64,000 nucleotides of DNA, taken from assembly GCF_009914755.1 (NCBI RefSeq), contig NC_060932.1. The stretch is one strand, 5' to 3'. The translations under genes and the position numbers were made by a program. Positions 42,313 to 55,700 of this stretch are shown in pieces. This stretch comes from the human T2T-CHM13v2.0 reference genome, Homo sapiens. Under the pieces are notes generated by a model. It did no database searches. It was given only the letters and a program-made list of their open reading frames with translations, and was not told where the DNA came from. Each line of letters begins with the position of its first letter. Position 1 is the first letter of the stretch.

Positions 42313-45249
42313 GCTAGATTCCCTAAAACAGAGACAGCAGGGCTCGAGTCTGAGCTAGCTATAGCCATGCCAGCAGCTAGATCCATGAAAAGGTTGGGGT
42401 TGGCTTTGCCCAGGTGATCATTCGGGGACGGGGGACGTGCTGTGAATGGAAGATGTGCCTGCTGTCAGCACTGATGTTGCCCACCCTTTATTTCTACAAC
42501 GCTGTCTTCAAAAGAATTACATTTCAATTTTATACCAACTATCGTGCCTCCTCATGAATCCCTTCCCCGCACAACCTGGAAACCCTCGCCTGGCGTCGGC
42601 TCCATCTCCAGATGTTACTCACTGGCTACCGCTAGGTGGCTGCGAAGGGTGGCGGCGTCACTGATGCGCAGCTCAGGCAGCAGCCATGGGGAGGTTGAAT
42701 CCCCGGGGCATCTGCCTCTCCCTATGTGTGTGGGTCCTGGGAGTGAGGCAGTGTGGCGTGGGGCTGTTGCACACACCCCCGACTGTAGGGCTGCACCCAG
42801 ACACGTGCGGTGACCCCGTCTCTACAGCCGCTTGTTGCCCTGGCACCAAGCCAACCACTCAGCATCCAGCGCGTCCTCACCTCCCCTCCGGGGTGAAGCG
42901 GAAACAAGGGTATGTGCCAAAACTGGCCTGCTCACCATTTCCCAGATTTTCCACATTTGTTCCCACTCGGGGTGAGGGGTGTGCTTCTGGTGTGACAGCT
43001 GTGGGCTGTGTAGGGTGGCGGGCGTTGGTGGTGAAGTCTGTCGGCCCTCCTGACCCACACACGAGGGGGTGTGGATTTTATATTGAAATCTTTTTAAAAT
43101 CTGTTTTTTTGTAAGAGGCTCTGAAAGGAAGAAATTTTATCAGAGTTTTGCGGCCTGTGTACGTTCTGATACCTCTCAGAGCTGGAGTTTCTTACCCATA
43201 TAGGACAAGCTGTTGTGAAATTGAGTGAGACGATGTAAGCACATGGCGTGCACCTGATAAATGCCAGCTGCCACCACAGTGATGGTCAGCAGCGTGGTCA
43301 CCACTGTCGTTTCACAATTACAGCCCAAGGAGCCCAAGGGGAAGGAGTGCCTCTCTCTGTTTTGACCTTCTCTGACTGCTGTCCTAATAAACAGTGTCCT
43401 TTCTACAAGAACCCTGTAGACTTTTGAAACCAACAAGTGAAGGCACTCCAAGGCCCTTGTTTTGAGAAGGGGTAAGTGTGCTAGGTAAGGGATTTCCTTG
43501 GGTGCTTACCTTCCACGGCTCCTGGGCCCCTGACTCGAAGCTGACCATCTGTGCTGATGCTGACTTAGGATTTTAAATCACTTAAATTTGAGCTGGATAG
43601 AGAAAGGGTCCTAGTTAAGCTGAGAGGGCTGCTTATTCGTGATTTTTTTTTTCTTCTTTCTCATGCAGAGACTGTTTATTTTAGTGGTAGCGGTATTTAG
43701 GGGTGAAGAAGGGGAAAGGAAGAATAGTGTGCCATCAATTAATTCTATGCATGTCAGCTGCAACGCCTTCATGGCACGGGACAGGCCAATTATGTAACTG
43801 TAAACAAATTATATGTATTAAAAGTTGTCCAATTAAAGGAAAAAACATGCATGGATTTATGTGTTTGTTATTACCCAGAAGGGAGCCATGCTGTACTTGA
43901 AAATATGCAAAATTTCACATCACAAAATCACCAGTTGTTGTTTGAGGGGCTGGTGTTCTGATTAGTCTTAATTTTTTTTAACTCATAACATTTTTGTCCC
44001 AGTCATCAACACTGTTAAGAACATGTCACTGGTGCAGTTAAGTTAAAAATGATTCAGGTCAGGAATTCCTGTCATTAACAATTTTTTATATTAAAGTTGG
44101 AAAAGTTTAAGGAAATTTAAGAACCTATTCCTTAATAGTTAAAAATAGTAAGGAATTTCATATACCCCCAAATATTAAGCATAGGTAATTAGCTTGTGGT
44201 TGGGATTTGATGGTTTTCTGTTTTTCAGCAAAATACAATAACGTACTTTCTCGAGCAGAATTTTTACACCAACATTTCCCATTAAGACCAGTTTGTTTAG
44301 GGAATTTTTAAGCTACATCTGTATGTAATAATTTTTTGAGATTCCAAAGACTACGCAGTCTAATAAAACTCTAATACTTCAACTATCTTCAGACTAATGT
44401 TTATAATTACCCGGTAGATGACCAAGAATTGATATCATCTGTTGATTCCAGAAATTATGGCAGAGAAAATGCTGTCAGGAACCCAAAGAAAATCAGAGGA
44501 AATGGTACCTCTAAGAAATTCTGAATCTTTTCTACTAAGATATGTGGCTTGACTGCTTAACCCCAAAATGCCTGCTTAGAAGGTAGTTTGGGGCTATCTT
44601 GTAATACTCATTTAGTTCCTGCCTTCTTCTGCCATAGAAACAACATGCAGAAGCAGCATTGCTTACGACTCACACTGAACCTGAAGGGATGAAATTACAT
44701 ATGACGATGGAATGTGGCCATATTCACGCAGTCACAGCAGTGTGTTGCCCAATGACAGTACTGGAGCAGTTTCCACAGAGGCACTCATGCAATATGCAGA
44801 ATACAGACATTTTACACACACACTTACGATGGTCCTTTTCATTGTCGAAAAGGAATTCATTATCTTTCGAGTAAACATGTGCTTTGAGGTATATAACTCT
44901 GAGGTATAGAAGTTAGAACATTTAACCCGATTAGGGTGACTGGAATTATAACCTTTAACTAATGTGAGATATAGTATAGATCTTGATAAGTGTCTTTCTG
45001 GTGTTCCTATTAAAATTCATTATAATTACCGTTCCTGCAATTGTGTAGCATCTTACAGTTTCCAACACCCTGTGCTAGCCATCATCTTATTTGAAACACA
45101 TAATAACCCTACAAGTTCACTGATGTAGGTAAGAAAACTGGTACCGTTTCTGAAGATACACAGTGATTGTTTCGGCCAGTTAATTAAGGCAAGAGATCAC
45201 TCAACAATTGTTCTACAGTTATTCCTGCTTTTTTTTTTTTAACTCACTC

Positions 45250-45692
45250 ATTAAGTGAAAGAAGCCAGTCTGAAAAGGCTGTATATTTTATGATTCCAAC
45301 TGTATGACATTCTGGAAAAGGGAAAACTGAAGATAGTAAAAGGATCAGGGTTTGCCAGGGGTTAAGGGGAAGAAGGGCTGTGCAGGTAGAGCACAGAGGA
45401 TTCTTAGGGCAGTGAAGCTGCTCTGTGTGATGCTACAATGGTGGATCCATGGCTTCATACATTGGTCCAAACCCACAGAATGTACAGCACCAGATGTCAA
45501 CTGCGGGCTCTGGGTGATAATGATGGGTCAATGTAGATTCATCAGTTGTAACCAGTGCACCACTCTGGTGCAGGATGTTGATCGTAGGGGAGGTGGCTGT
45601 GTGTGTGCCACGGAGGGGGGATATGGGAACTCTCTGCACTTTACTCTCGATGTGGCTGTGAACCTAAAACTGCTCTAAAAAACATAGTCTTT
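45250..45692 (+). mobile_element. L1M (L1MC-like) 3' end
   Basis: AAGTGAAAGAAGCCAGTCTGAAAAGGCT...TGTGAACCTAAAACTGCTCTAAAAAA. Confidence 0.8.
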
Positions 45693-47878
45693 TAAAAAAT
45701 CATTTACTACATATGAAAAGGAACAAGTAAAGCAACAACAACAAAATGTTATTGTGTACTTTCAGATTGCACCAGTAAACCTAGCCAGCCCTCACTAGGG
45801 TCTTCTGATGGTTACATAGTTAAAAGTACACTAGCACACCGGGAGAATAACTTCAGAGGCTTGCTGGTCTAATGGTAATTGCGTCGGCTTCACACGTCAA
45901 CATTTTTTTAAAAATTAGATTTTCTTGAATCTGATCATGTCCAAGATACCTCTTATTTTGGTATAGAACGCCTTTATTCAAACAACGGGAGAACATGAAC
46001 ATATCCCTTTGCCATAGTTTGGCTAAATTCCTGAGGCTGGCTGGGGCCAGAAACAAAATCCCTGAAATGGTCTCAAAATTTTTTTTTTTTTTTTTACCTC
46101 TCCCCTTTTCCTTCTGGTTGGTGGTCTTGGGGCCTACGAGGCCCCTCAGGCAGAGGGGAAATGGCAGTTTCCCCATCCCCTTTTGGGACTTCTTGAGCAG
46201 AAAAGCGAATGTCAGACGGTCCTTATAAAGTCCCACGTGATTCAGCCACTGAGGATGGCACTGGCTGTGGATTTACATGTAAGACAACTTCATGGCGTAT
46301 TTTCGCCTTTTGCTGTTGAATATAACTACCAAGATATGGTTTGGGCAGACAAAATAGAAATCTTCTGTGTGTAGCATGTCCAGTTGGATACTGTTAGTGA
46401 CATAGAGAGACGAGCGCACAACTCAGGTTTAACCTTCATCCCTGAAATTTGCCGGAACAGTCATAATGAAGGTGCTAATGTATTTCCTGAAATACTGAGT
46501 ACTTCAGACAGGGAGATATGGGTGGTATCTAGTAGCCTTGTGATAAGACCCATATTAGACTAATAGTAGTCTTATCACCAGATTAAACCACCTGGATAGC
46601 CCACCTCAAGTCATCAAGAGTGTTAACATGGGAGTAAGTGTGACAAATGCCCAGGTGGTCTGGACTAAATGTGACAAAATTGAGAAATAGACCCTACAAG
46701 ATCTGGATTTTAAAAAGAGAGAAAAAAAAAAATGGAAAGGCTGGCTGCTTGCTTCCTTTTAAGACTTTGTTCACGTTCTCGCCCCCAAAAGCCAATTATG
46801 ATTATAATTTATCAGCCCACAGGAAATGATTGCTTCTCTATGAGACATCGTCAACATGATAAAATAATCCATTTCCCAAGATTTCTATATCTTAGTATCT
46901 CATCTCTTTAAAAAGCTCCATTGTCCATAAAAAATTATAAAATTACATATTTTTACATGACAGGTAATTTTTAATGTATATTTTTAATTTGGTTGTTGGT
47001 TTTTAAAATAGTAAAATATTAAATATCAACTATGAATATTTTGTGGTGGTAAGTTGTCAGGTTAATGTAAAGATTCCAAAAATAATTCACAGACATGTGG
47101 AAAGTTGCTCAGAGGGAGAACCAGTCTGATTTTGGAGAAAGTAATTACCATCAGAGGAGCCCTCGGAGGGAGCGGGAGAGTCCACAGGTTTCAATCAGGT
47201 TCTAGATGAATTGCAAAGAGAAAGGTTTTAGCTGGTTGCAGGAGGGGCTCTGGTAAAAGGATTAAGTCCAGTTCTCAGGAGTTTTTTAATAGGTTTCACA
47301 TCTTTTGTCAACTGGTGCAAGGAAGGATTAGGACAGAAAAGAAAGGTGATTTCATGGAGAAATATCTAATTAAAATATTAAAGATAGTCGGATGGCACAC
47401 CTGACCTAGAGTCCAGGCAGTGGTAGGCAGAGTTCCTTCCCCTTTTTTTTAAACCACACATAAAACAGTCATTTTAATTCCAACAAATGGTTCATACTGG
47501 TATTCTAAACCACTACCCATGATTTTTTTTACTCTTTTTATTTACATCAAATCATTCAACTTCACATCATTTTCTTTTTAAGCATTAACATAATCCAAGT
47601 GCCAGGCCATTTTTGGTGATCCAATCTGTAGAATGTGAGATGGACAATAACAATCAAACCGTTTTCAAACTCTAATAGTGGGAAGAGAAGGCCACATGGA
47701 ACTTCCCTGAGGCTGAATTTCGTCGTCCTGCCTTTCAAGTGGTGTCCTGTGAAATCCAGCGTTTCCCCCTGTCAACTTCCAGAACAGGGCTGTAACTAGA
47801 TGTATGGTTTGTAAGAATATCCCATGTATACTTCCTCTTGGTTATAACATAATTTGTTTTGCGGGGGGTGGTTTGCCC

Positions 47879-48175
47879 TTTTTTTTTTTTTGGAGACAGG
47901 ATCTCACTGCGTAGCCCAGGCTGGAGTACCATGGTGCCATCCTGGCTCACTGCAGCCTGTGCCTCCTGGGTTCAAATGATCCACCCACCTCATCCTCCTG
48001 AGTAGCTGAGACTACAGGCATGTACCACCACGCCTGGGTGATTTTTATATTTTTTGGTAGAGACGGGGTTTCATCGTGTTGGCCAGGCTGGTTTTGAACT
48101 CCTGAGCTCAAGCGACCCACCCGCTTCGGCCTCCGAAAGTGCTGCGATTACAGGCATGAGCCACTGCACCCAGCC
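47879..48175 (-). mobile_element. Alu (AluJ/S-like)
   Basis: Alu consensus; TSD-like AATTTGTTTT. Confidence 0.93.
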
Positions 48176-49023
48176 ACATAAATTTGTTTTTAGTCTTCTG
48201 AACGATTAAATAGTTGTACCAATTATACCAATTGCACCAATTCTATTACAAGGTGGAATTTCTTATCGTTCCTTTACAAACAGGATATTCCCAGTTGCTT
48301 GTTTTTGCTTGTTTTCCTAGCAGCTTCAGCACCATCCTCACATAGAAGGGCTGGCATCTCACCTATCTAGAGGTGAGAACAAAGCTGTGCTCTCAGCAAT
48401 CGGAATCTGTCAAGTCTGCTGTGGGGACTTGGTATCTCAGGCCTGATGCTGGCCTAGGAGTGCCCTGCACTCGTCTCAAGATCGATGTCCCAGTGGGCGA
48501 GAATTGCTGCCAAGACTAACCAAGGATGTCAACCAGTGACTTAACTTCTCAGGCTCACTTTTTTTTTTATTTTTAATAAAAACAAATTGTTAAAGAGGTA
48601 ATTTAAAATATGTACTATATAATAAGTACTACAGCATATACAGTGTTTACATACATATAGGCATTAAATATTAAGAATGTTTATTTCAGAATCATATAAT
48701 TATACCTGATATTTACTTTTTGTCATTCTTTGTATATTCTCCATTTTTTGCAGTATCTATATATTACTTGGGTAATAGGAATAGCAACCATTGAGAAATA
48801 GTTCTAATTGATTTTCCTTTTATAAAAGGGTTTCCGTGTAGTGACCAAGGACTTAACATCATCCCCACCCCACAGTCCCTCACACGCCTGACTCCCTTTG
48901 TGCTGTGTTTAATTTCTCATTTCATTCATTTACCCTTCTGTGCAGCACATACTAGCTGCTGCTACACTACACGTTCTGACCAAAGCATAGTGTCCCCCTG
49001 GGGCAAGACTCTTGGGAATTGTC

Positions 49024-49299
49024 TTTTTTTATTTTTTTTTCATTTTTTAGGGTCTCACTTTGTTGCCCAGGCTGGAGCGCAATGGCACCATCATAGTTCA
49101 CTGCAGCCTTGACCTCTTGGGCTCAGGCAATCCTCCCACCTCAGCCTCCCAAGTAGCTGGGACCACAGCTGCGTGCCATTGTAGAGATGGGGGTCTCACT
49201 CTGTTGACCAGGCTGGTCTTGAACTCCTGGCCTCAAAGTGTCTTCCCATCTTGGCCTCTCAAAGCTCTAGGATTACAGGTGTGAGGCACTGTGCCTGGC
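49024..49299 (-). mobile_element. Alu (AluJ-like) with deleted central linker
   Basis: Arms joined directly at GCGTGCCATTGTAGAGATGGGG. Confidence 0.88.
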
Positions 49300-50084
49300 T
49301 TTAGGCATTTTCTTCCCCCTCTGACTTCTTCTAGGCACCTAGAACCAACACTGCCTGGACATGTGAAGGCACTCGATAAATATTTTTTGAACAAATAAAT
49401 CAACTTGCATGGCTCCTGCCCCAAACTGGAAACCCCACCTAGGAGGGGTGGGCGGGGTCATATGGTGTTCACTCACTTACGCTAATGAACTGAGAAATAA
49501 CGCACTTCTGCCCAAATTCATGTTCATTCACACTCCTCTCAGCAGTTTTCTGCAGTCTTCCCAGCCCCACGGAAAATTCTGCTTTTGTCAGAGGAGGGGA
49601 TATGCGTGCTTTCCCGTGTTTGCTTTACCGCTGGGCAATCCATACAAGGCTACTAAACTGCAGAGGGTACTGGTGTTAGCATGCCCCGTGTTTATAAGGG
49701 ACTTAAAAAAATATACAGGCTTGCATCCACCATACCTACCATACTTGTGTACTAGAGATATTCTCGGGGCAAAATGAGGTGAGGTGTGGAAAGTGCTTTA
49801 AGGTGACTCAGAGCCACCCTGTTGCGATTGCTGCCTTCGTGATGACTGGTGTGGCTGCAAAGTTCAGTGGCTGTCTTTATATCAGAATAATTCTAGAATA
49901 ATTTAGGAGAAAATTCTCATTGTTAGGTTCCTTCAAGCCAAAGGAGGATGTAGTGAAAAGAGAATAGGTGTTGGCTGTCTAGATGGGCCCTGTTTAATTA
50001 GAGTCGACTGTATCAGTTGCCAAATGAAGCCAATCTTACAGGGCCATCCTATAGAACAAATATATATTTTTTATATTTAATATG

Positions 50085-50098
50085 ATATATATGTGTGT

Positions 50099-50135
<37 letters not shown>

Positions 50136-50141
50136 TATATA
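50085..50141. repeat. Compound (TA)(TG)(AC)15 microsatellite
   Basis: Direct reading. Confidence 0.95.
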
Positions 50142-51645
50142 CAGGGAGAGATAGAATGGTTTGCCTGCTGACTTGCCATTAAGTACCGTAAACATCCTGG
50201 AAATTGTGAACAGCTAATTGGAAAACAGTCTGTCCGTGTTCATGATTCATTGTATGCATCCTCTAGATCTCAACTCAGGAAATCCACAAAGCTGACCAGG
50301 CCCTGCTGTCATTTTGTGGCCAGATATGGAAAGATATAAACCACCTCCTTTCTTCCCTGTCAAAACAGTTGTGCCACGTCCTCCCCCTCTTCCTCATCTT
50401 GACTGACTCCCTCACAGGTGGTGTCTCTGTCTCTCCTGCCCCTGCCCCCACACGCACCTTTAGTTACCTCAGTCTTTCAAATTTTGCTCTTTGTTCCTAA
50501 GTACAGTCTTCCTTCCAACCTCTCGTCATGTCATTTTTGGGCCAGGAAAGATCCTGATTATGCTATAATGCCACTGTACGTGTTTTAAAAAGAAGGAACG
50601 CTGTACATTTGATATTAAATTTGGCATTTTAAATAAAGGGCTGGTAAAAAAATCTCTGAGTGCTAATCTCCAAGAAAGGGATGGAAGACTGGGGAAAGAG
50701 AATCTACTTCCTATTTCCACCATTTTAATAGCCTGACATATTTTTTTACCTTGCCCATATCTTACTTTCATAACATTTTTGTTTTATTTTTTAAATTACT
50801 CCCATGGCGGTAGAGTTGATTTGAACTCTTGTTTTTCAATTTTAAATGTACAAAATTTCAATTATTTTATGGATTAAAATAAGCACCCCAGACCATCCTG
50901 AGCATCTGATCACCAATGGTAAGACCATTATCCTTCTCAAGTTTCATCTACGGTAACTGGCTTACAGATAAACTTGTGGATTACAACCTGTTTGACAACT
51001 GTAAAGAGCCACATTGATTAAAATCAGAAGATTTTCAGAGTTCAGTATTTAGACTATATGGATTATCTAGTGTCTCAATAGAAGGTAAGGTTATGGAAAT
51101 CCATTTCCTAGTTCTAAACTCTGCAAGCAAACAATCATCTCCCCATAGTGTGATATCTAAATAGTTAATCCAGTATGTCAGACAACCCCATTTAGTAAAC
51201 AAAGACTACTTGACCATAGAAAACATATGATATATGTATAATATATAATCCATATAGAGTAAACATGTATTATATTTTATATACTGTATAGGCACATATC
51301 ATACTATACATATACATATCGCATAAGAGATACAGTAAACTATATTTGTATTTTCCAAAATTAAATATGTTGCAGTTCCCCTACCATAGTGAAACTGTCT
51401 CTTCTACATTCCTTACTGCATTCCTTACTATATAGTAATACTAACACTGAGCACAATCATATTTCACCACTCAGGATGTAGCCAGCGGATACAGTAATGG
51501 TTCTTGTCCTCCGCAGGAGGACCACGGGAGACCAGTGGCTGTGAATGGGATGGGATTTTTTTCTTTCCTCTAATGAACCAAGCCCTGGGTTTTATTGTTG
51601 TTGTTTTAATATACAGCTATTGAGTGTTTTGTAGCCACACACGAC

Positions 51646-51646
<1 letters not shown>

Positions 51647-51684
<38 letters not shown>
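51647..51684. repeat. (AC)19 microsatellite
   Basis: Direct reading. Confidence 0.95.
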
Positions 51685-51689
<5 letters not shown>

Positions 51690-54600
51690 CCCTAGCAAGG
51701 GCAGGGTGGGGCTAGCGGGCTGGGTTCCCCTGGGAGCCCCTCACCATCCGTTTCTCCCAGTGACGGCAGCTATGTTTGAAGAGCATAACTGCATGGTTTC
51801 CTATGCATTCATTCGTGAGTAGTAGCTCTCATATATTATTAAAAAGATACACTATTATTACTTTTAAAGAAAGAAAAGGATTGCAATTCACATTTACACT
51901 TTCCAGCCTGTTCTTGTGTTGTTTAAAAAACAAACAAACAAAAAACGATGGCAGAGGAAATGTTTGCCTCCGTAGTAGGCATCAACTTTATTTTTCAAAT
52001 CATTCTGTTTTAACGTGTTCATAGACTGCAGTTGTTTATAGGTATGAGGCACTCATCAGTGTGAAATAGTTCTTTCCTTTCCATATTTCCTCTTATCAGA
52101 AAAAAAAATTCCTGTGGTCTCCTAGCAAAATACAATCCATTTTGCTAAATTATTTGTGAGTTTTTATAAAGTGTGTTTAATATCACCAGGGCAGAGGTTC
52201 ACACTAGTTGCAGGATTAGCAAGAGAGACGTAGCATGAGTAGTGTTTGGTCCACTGCAGTGTGTTTTGTGTGCTAGCGATCATGAGTTTATCTGATCCTT
52301 GTTTAACTACTACACAGTGAGTAAGCTGTCCTGTATTGTTCCATTCATATTCCTCTGAGTTCATTCAGAAGCCTGACACTTCCTTTGCCGGACAGATTAA
52401 AGGGGCAGCGTGGGACCTTTTGATGATGTGAAACCTGCTTTCTTAGTCTAAGCTCCCTAGGCTATGCTGACCACTCAGAGGTTGAACTACTATTTATTTG
52501 CCCTAAAATGAACCAGAAACTTGGTCTTAGTTTCCTTCCTGACACATGTTTTAATTTCCTAAAAGTGTACGGATTTTGTAGTGGGTTGTTTTTGAATCTT
52601 TCATTTTTAGTGCTGATCCAGGAGAGAAAGGAGATATGGAAACATTTTTTTCAAAAAATAGCTCAAAAGAAAATATGTAAAACCATGAAAAACCCAGAAT
52701 TGTGCTGCTGCTTTCTGTGCTAATTAAATCAGTGGGTGTTAGGTTGTAATGATAACCCTTTAACTGTGTGGCTTATCTCTCATTCCATTTTATATTATTT
52801 TCTTCCTCATGAGAAAATCAGTGTTTATTATCACAGGTGACAAAACACAGGAGAAAAACAAACAGTGAGGTTACATTTAATCACTTTAAGTGGGTTTCAT
52901 CTTTGCTTTTTTGTTTTCATTCCCAAGCCAGAAGCCGTAAACCGAGCGAGAGTGCAAATTGCCTTTCTCAGGTGCACGTTGCTGAGATAGGCTGGGAGAA
53001 CAGGTGTGGAGCCCGTGAAAAGATAAACATTAAGTCATTCTTGGGGAAACGGTATTTAGCTAGACAGCTGAAGACGGACTTTTGAAATACCATTGTGCTA
53101 CTGCTGTTCAAATATTGACTAAGTGAACCTGGAAAGGAAGAAATTTTGGTCGCCTAACATAGAACTCGTTGTCTTTTTCTGTCTTTAAATGTTATCTCAA
53201 AGACCCAAGAGAAGGGGTAGTTTACCTAAGAAAGAAATATGAGCTTTGCTTATGGAGTTTCAGGTATACCTAATGTAAGTTAATTAAGCAAATACAATGT
53301 AGCAGCCTTGCATTTGGCCTAGCATTCTTTTATGTTTCCTGGCTGTTTCTTCGAGGAGATGACCTGCCTGTCGGGCAGATTAGAATATTTACTGCAGTGC
53401 ATCTTTCATGCCTCGCTGTGACTCTGTAACCACGGTGGATGTGGGAAAGCCATTAACCATCAGCTTGACGGTTTACAAAGAAATAGGAAGTTCAAGTTAA
53501 GCAGATATTTAGGATATAGTTTGCCTTCCACATATTTCAACCTGTGTTGCTGCATACTTTTTAAGCTTAGCGTAATTATTCACACAGCTATGAATTTTAG
53601 AAGATGTTTAAAAGCAAACCACAGTGACCTGGGAAAGGAGGGAAACTTACTGGAGCGCTTAGCCAGGAGCTTAAAAAGACATTGCTAGTGAGTTTTATGT
53701 CACATGAAATCTACATTTGATAGGTCATTTTGGTAAGTTTTTGTTGTTTTAAATGACTCCTCTTGACACAGTAACCAGTGGTGCTGGGAACATTCATTCA
53801 CATTCATTCATTTAAGCTCATGACTCAAATAATAACTTAGTCGTTTCCTCTCTGAAGGTAGGGGAGGTAATGAGGAGCACCGATTAGGCTCCAAGATCCG
53901 TTCTGAGATTCAGATAAGGTGTCCTAACAAAAGGTTTATGGTGAAATGAAAGAGTGAGAAAATAATTGTGCTTTTTCTAGGGTCATGCGTCAAATGAGGC
54001 TCACCAACTTTTAAAAGACTTTACATAGCTTTAGATAATCACATTCCCTGCCATGTAAGCATTGTGATGTAATGGCATCATCATGCTACTTAACAATTAA
54101 TTTATGCATTTTGTTTAAACTTCCTTTAGAATATATATAGTCCATATAAAGAAAATTCCAGGGTCGTTTTGGATTTTGTATAAATAGCTCCCATGTTTAC
54201 ATGTGAAAAAAAATTATTTATGAAAGAAAAACAGAGCTTTCAATATCCTATTTTGGTTACGTCTCCATAAAAACTCTAGGAAACAGTGGGATCATCTGTG
54301 AAACAGTGGAATCACCCCAAGAACAAACTGTCAGACAGACCGTCCTGTCGTGGCATGACTTGAACATAACCGTCCCACGTGGGGACGCATTCCGCACCGG
54401 TTGCTGGAACTGACGGGGGCTGCAGTGCTGAATACCTCTGGGACGCTTGGGAACTGTGCCCCTGTTTACAGACGGCAAGCCCTTAGTGGTAGGGCCCTGA
54501 GATTCTGAGAAACATAAGGTCTGCTTTATTTAATTTCCTCTCGTTTACCAAGAGTCACAACCTATTTTAGTAAATAAATTCAGGAAATTGGTAAAGCACT

Positions 54601-54974
54601 TTACTCCATCCGTTATGCCTCGGTCATCAGCATGGTTGTCACGGTCTCTCTGGCTCACGGGCTGCTGCGGCTCACAGCCTTCCCTCACTTGCCTGCAACC
54701 AGCTGAGAGCCTCCCTGGTGATGGGTGTTACTGAGCTTAAACGATGTAAACAAACAGAACGGCACACAAGTTGTGCAGGGAAGTATATTTCCTCTACCTT
54801 GTTAATAAAGATTTCTAACTTTAGAGATTTTCTGTATTGACTCTGGCATTCTTTCCAAATAATTATTTTCACCCCGGGGACTACCCACACACCCTGGGAT
54901 AGAATAAAAGAAATTATCTTTCATTTGAGGGTACCAGCAACCCGCTCTCCAGCTCTAATCCTCTTCATCCTCCT

Positions 54975-54976
<2 letters not shown>

Positions 54977-55008
<32 letters not shown>
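54977..55008. repeat. T32 homopolymer 75 bp into intron 1 (A32 in ANGPT2 pre-mRNA)
   Basis: Direct reading. Confidence 0.95.
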
Positions 55009-55009
<1 letters not shown>

Positions 55010-55083
55010 GTTGTTAAAACCTGAGCTGCTGCCAAGCTGATCTTAATAGCATGTTCACAAAGACAGATGGATTTTTTTCCTAC

Positions 55084-55371
55084 CTTCATTAGCCACTGAG
55101 TGTTGTTTTCCATGATGTTCTCCAGCACTTGCAGCCTCTGCACCGAGTCATCGTATTCGAGCGGCGCGTCCCTCTGCACAGCATTGGACACGTAGGGGCT
55201 GGAGGAAGAGCGGCAGTTGTCCATCTCTGGCAGGAGGAAAGTGTAGCTGCAGGACCCATGCTGGACCTGATATTGCTTCTTTCCTATGCTGTCCATGCTC
55301 TTCCGAAAGTTGTTATAGGCTGCGGCCAAGACAAGATCACAGCTCAGAGTAAAGAAAACAATCTGCCACAT
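55084..55371 (-). CDS. ANGPT2: Angiopoietin-2 exon 1 coding part (aa 1-96; signal peptide and super-clustering region)
   Basis: ATG at 55371; MWQIVFFTLSCDLVLAAAYNNFRKSMDSIGKKQYQVQHGSCSYTFLLPE...QWLMK; 288 nt; donor AAG|GTAGGA. Confidence 0.99.
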
Positions 55372-55700
55372 TCTTTCTTCAGTAATAAACCAGCAGCTTA
55401 GCAAACTTGAGGGCAAACACACGTCCAGAGTCCCGAGCTGCTGCCGTCTGAAACGCAGGGCTGCTACGCTGCCATGGCTGGGTCCGTCAATGAAAGTCTT
55501 CTCTTTCCTCTTTTTCCAGTAGCAAACCTGGTTTTTACTGCTGTGTTCTCTCCAGGCATGCAGTAAACTGTCAGATTGCAGTGGGAAGAACAGTCCTGCT
55601 CACTTGGGAGGGCTGTGTCAGCTTTTACAGAGCAGCTTTCACGGTCCTTTGTTCCTCTCTCCCCAGATCCTACAGTGTCAGTATCCGAATCAATCACTTT
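55372..55700 (-). other. ANGPT2: ANGPT2 5'UTR (TSS approx. 55680-55700), with uATGs at 55559 and 55475
   Basis: Directly upstream of the start codon; resembles the recalled mRNA leader; TATA-like CATATAA at about 55708-55714. Confidence 0.8.

Noticed and set aside
41810-42317. Repetitive ORFs (RRGVREPRAG...)
   Set aside because: Derived from the 91-bp minisatellite
54955-55083. Poly-Lys/acidic tail on the 155-aa exon 1 ORF
   Set aside because: Read-through past a valid donor into an A32 intronic run; apparent short transcripts here would probably be oligo-dT mispriming
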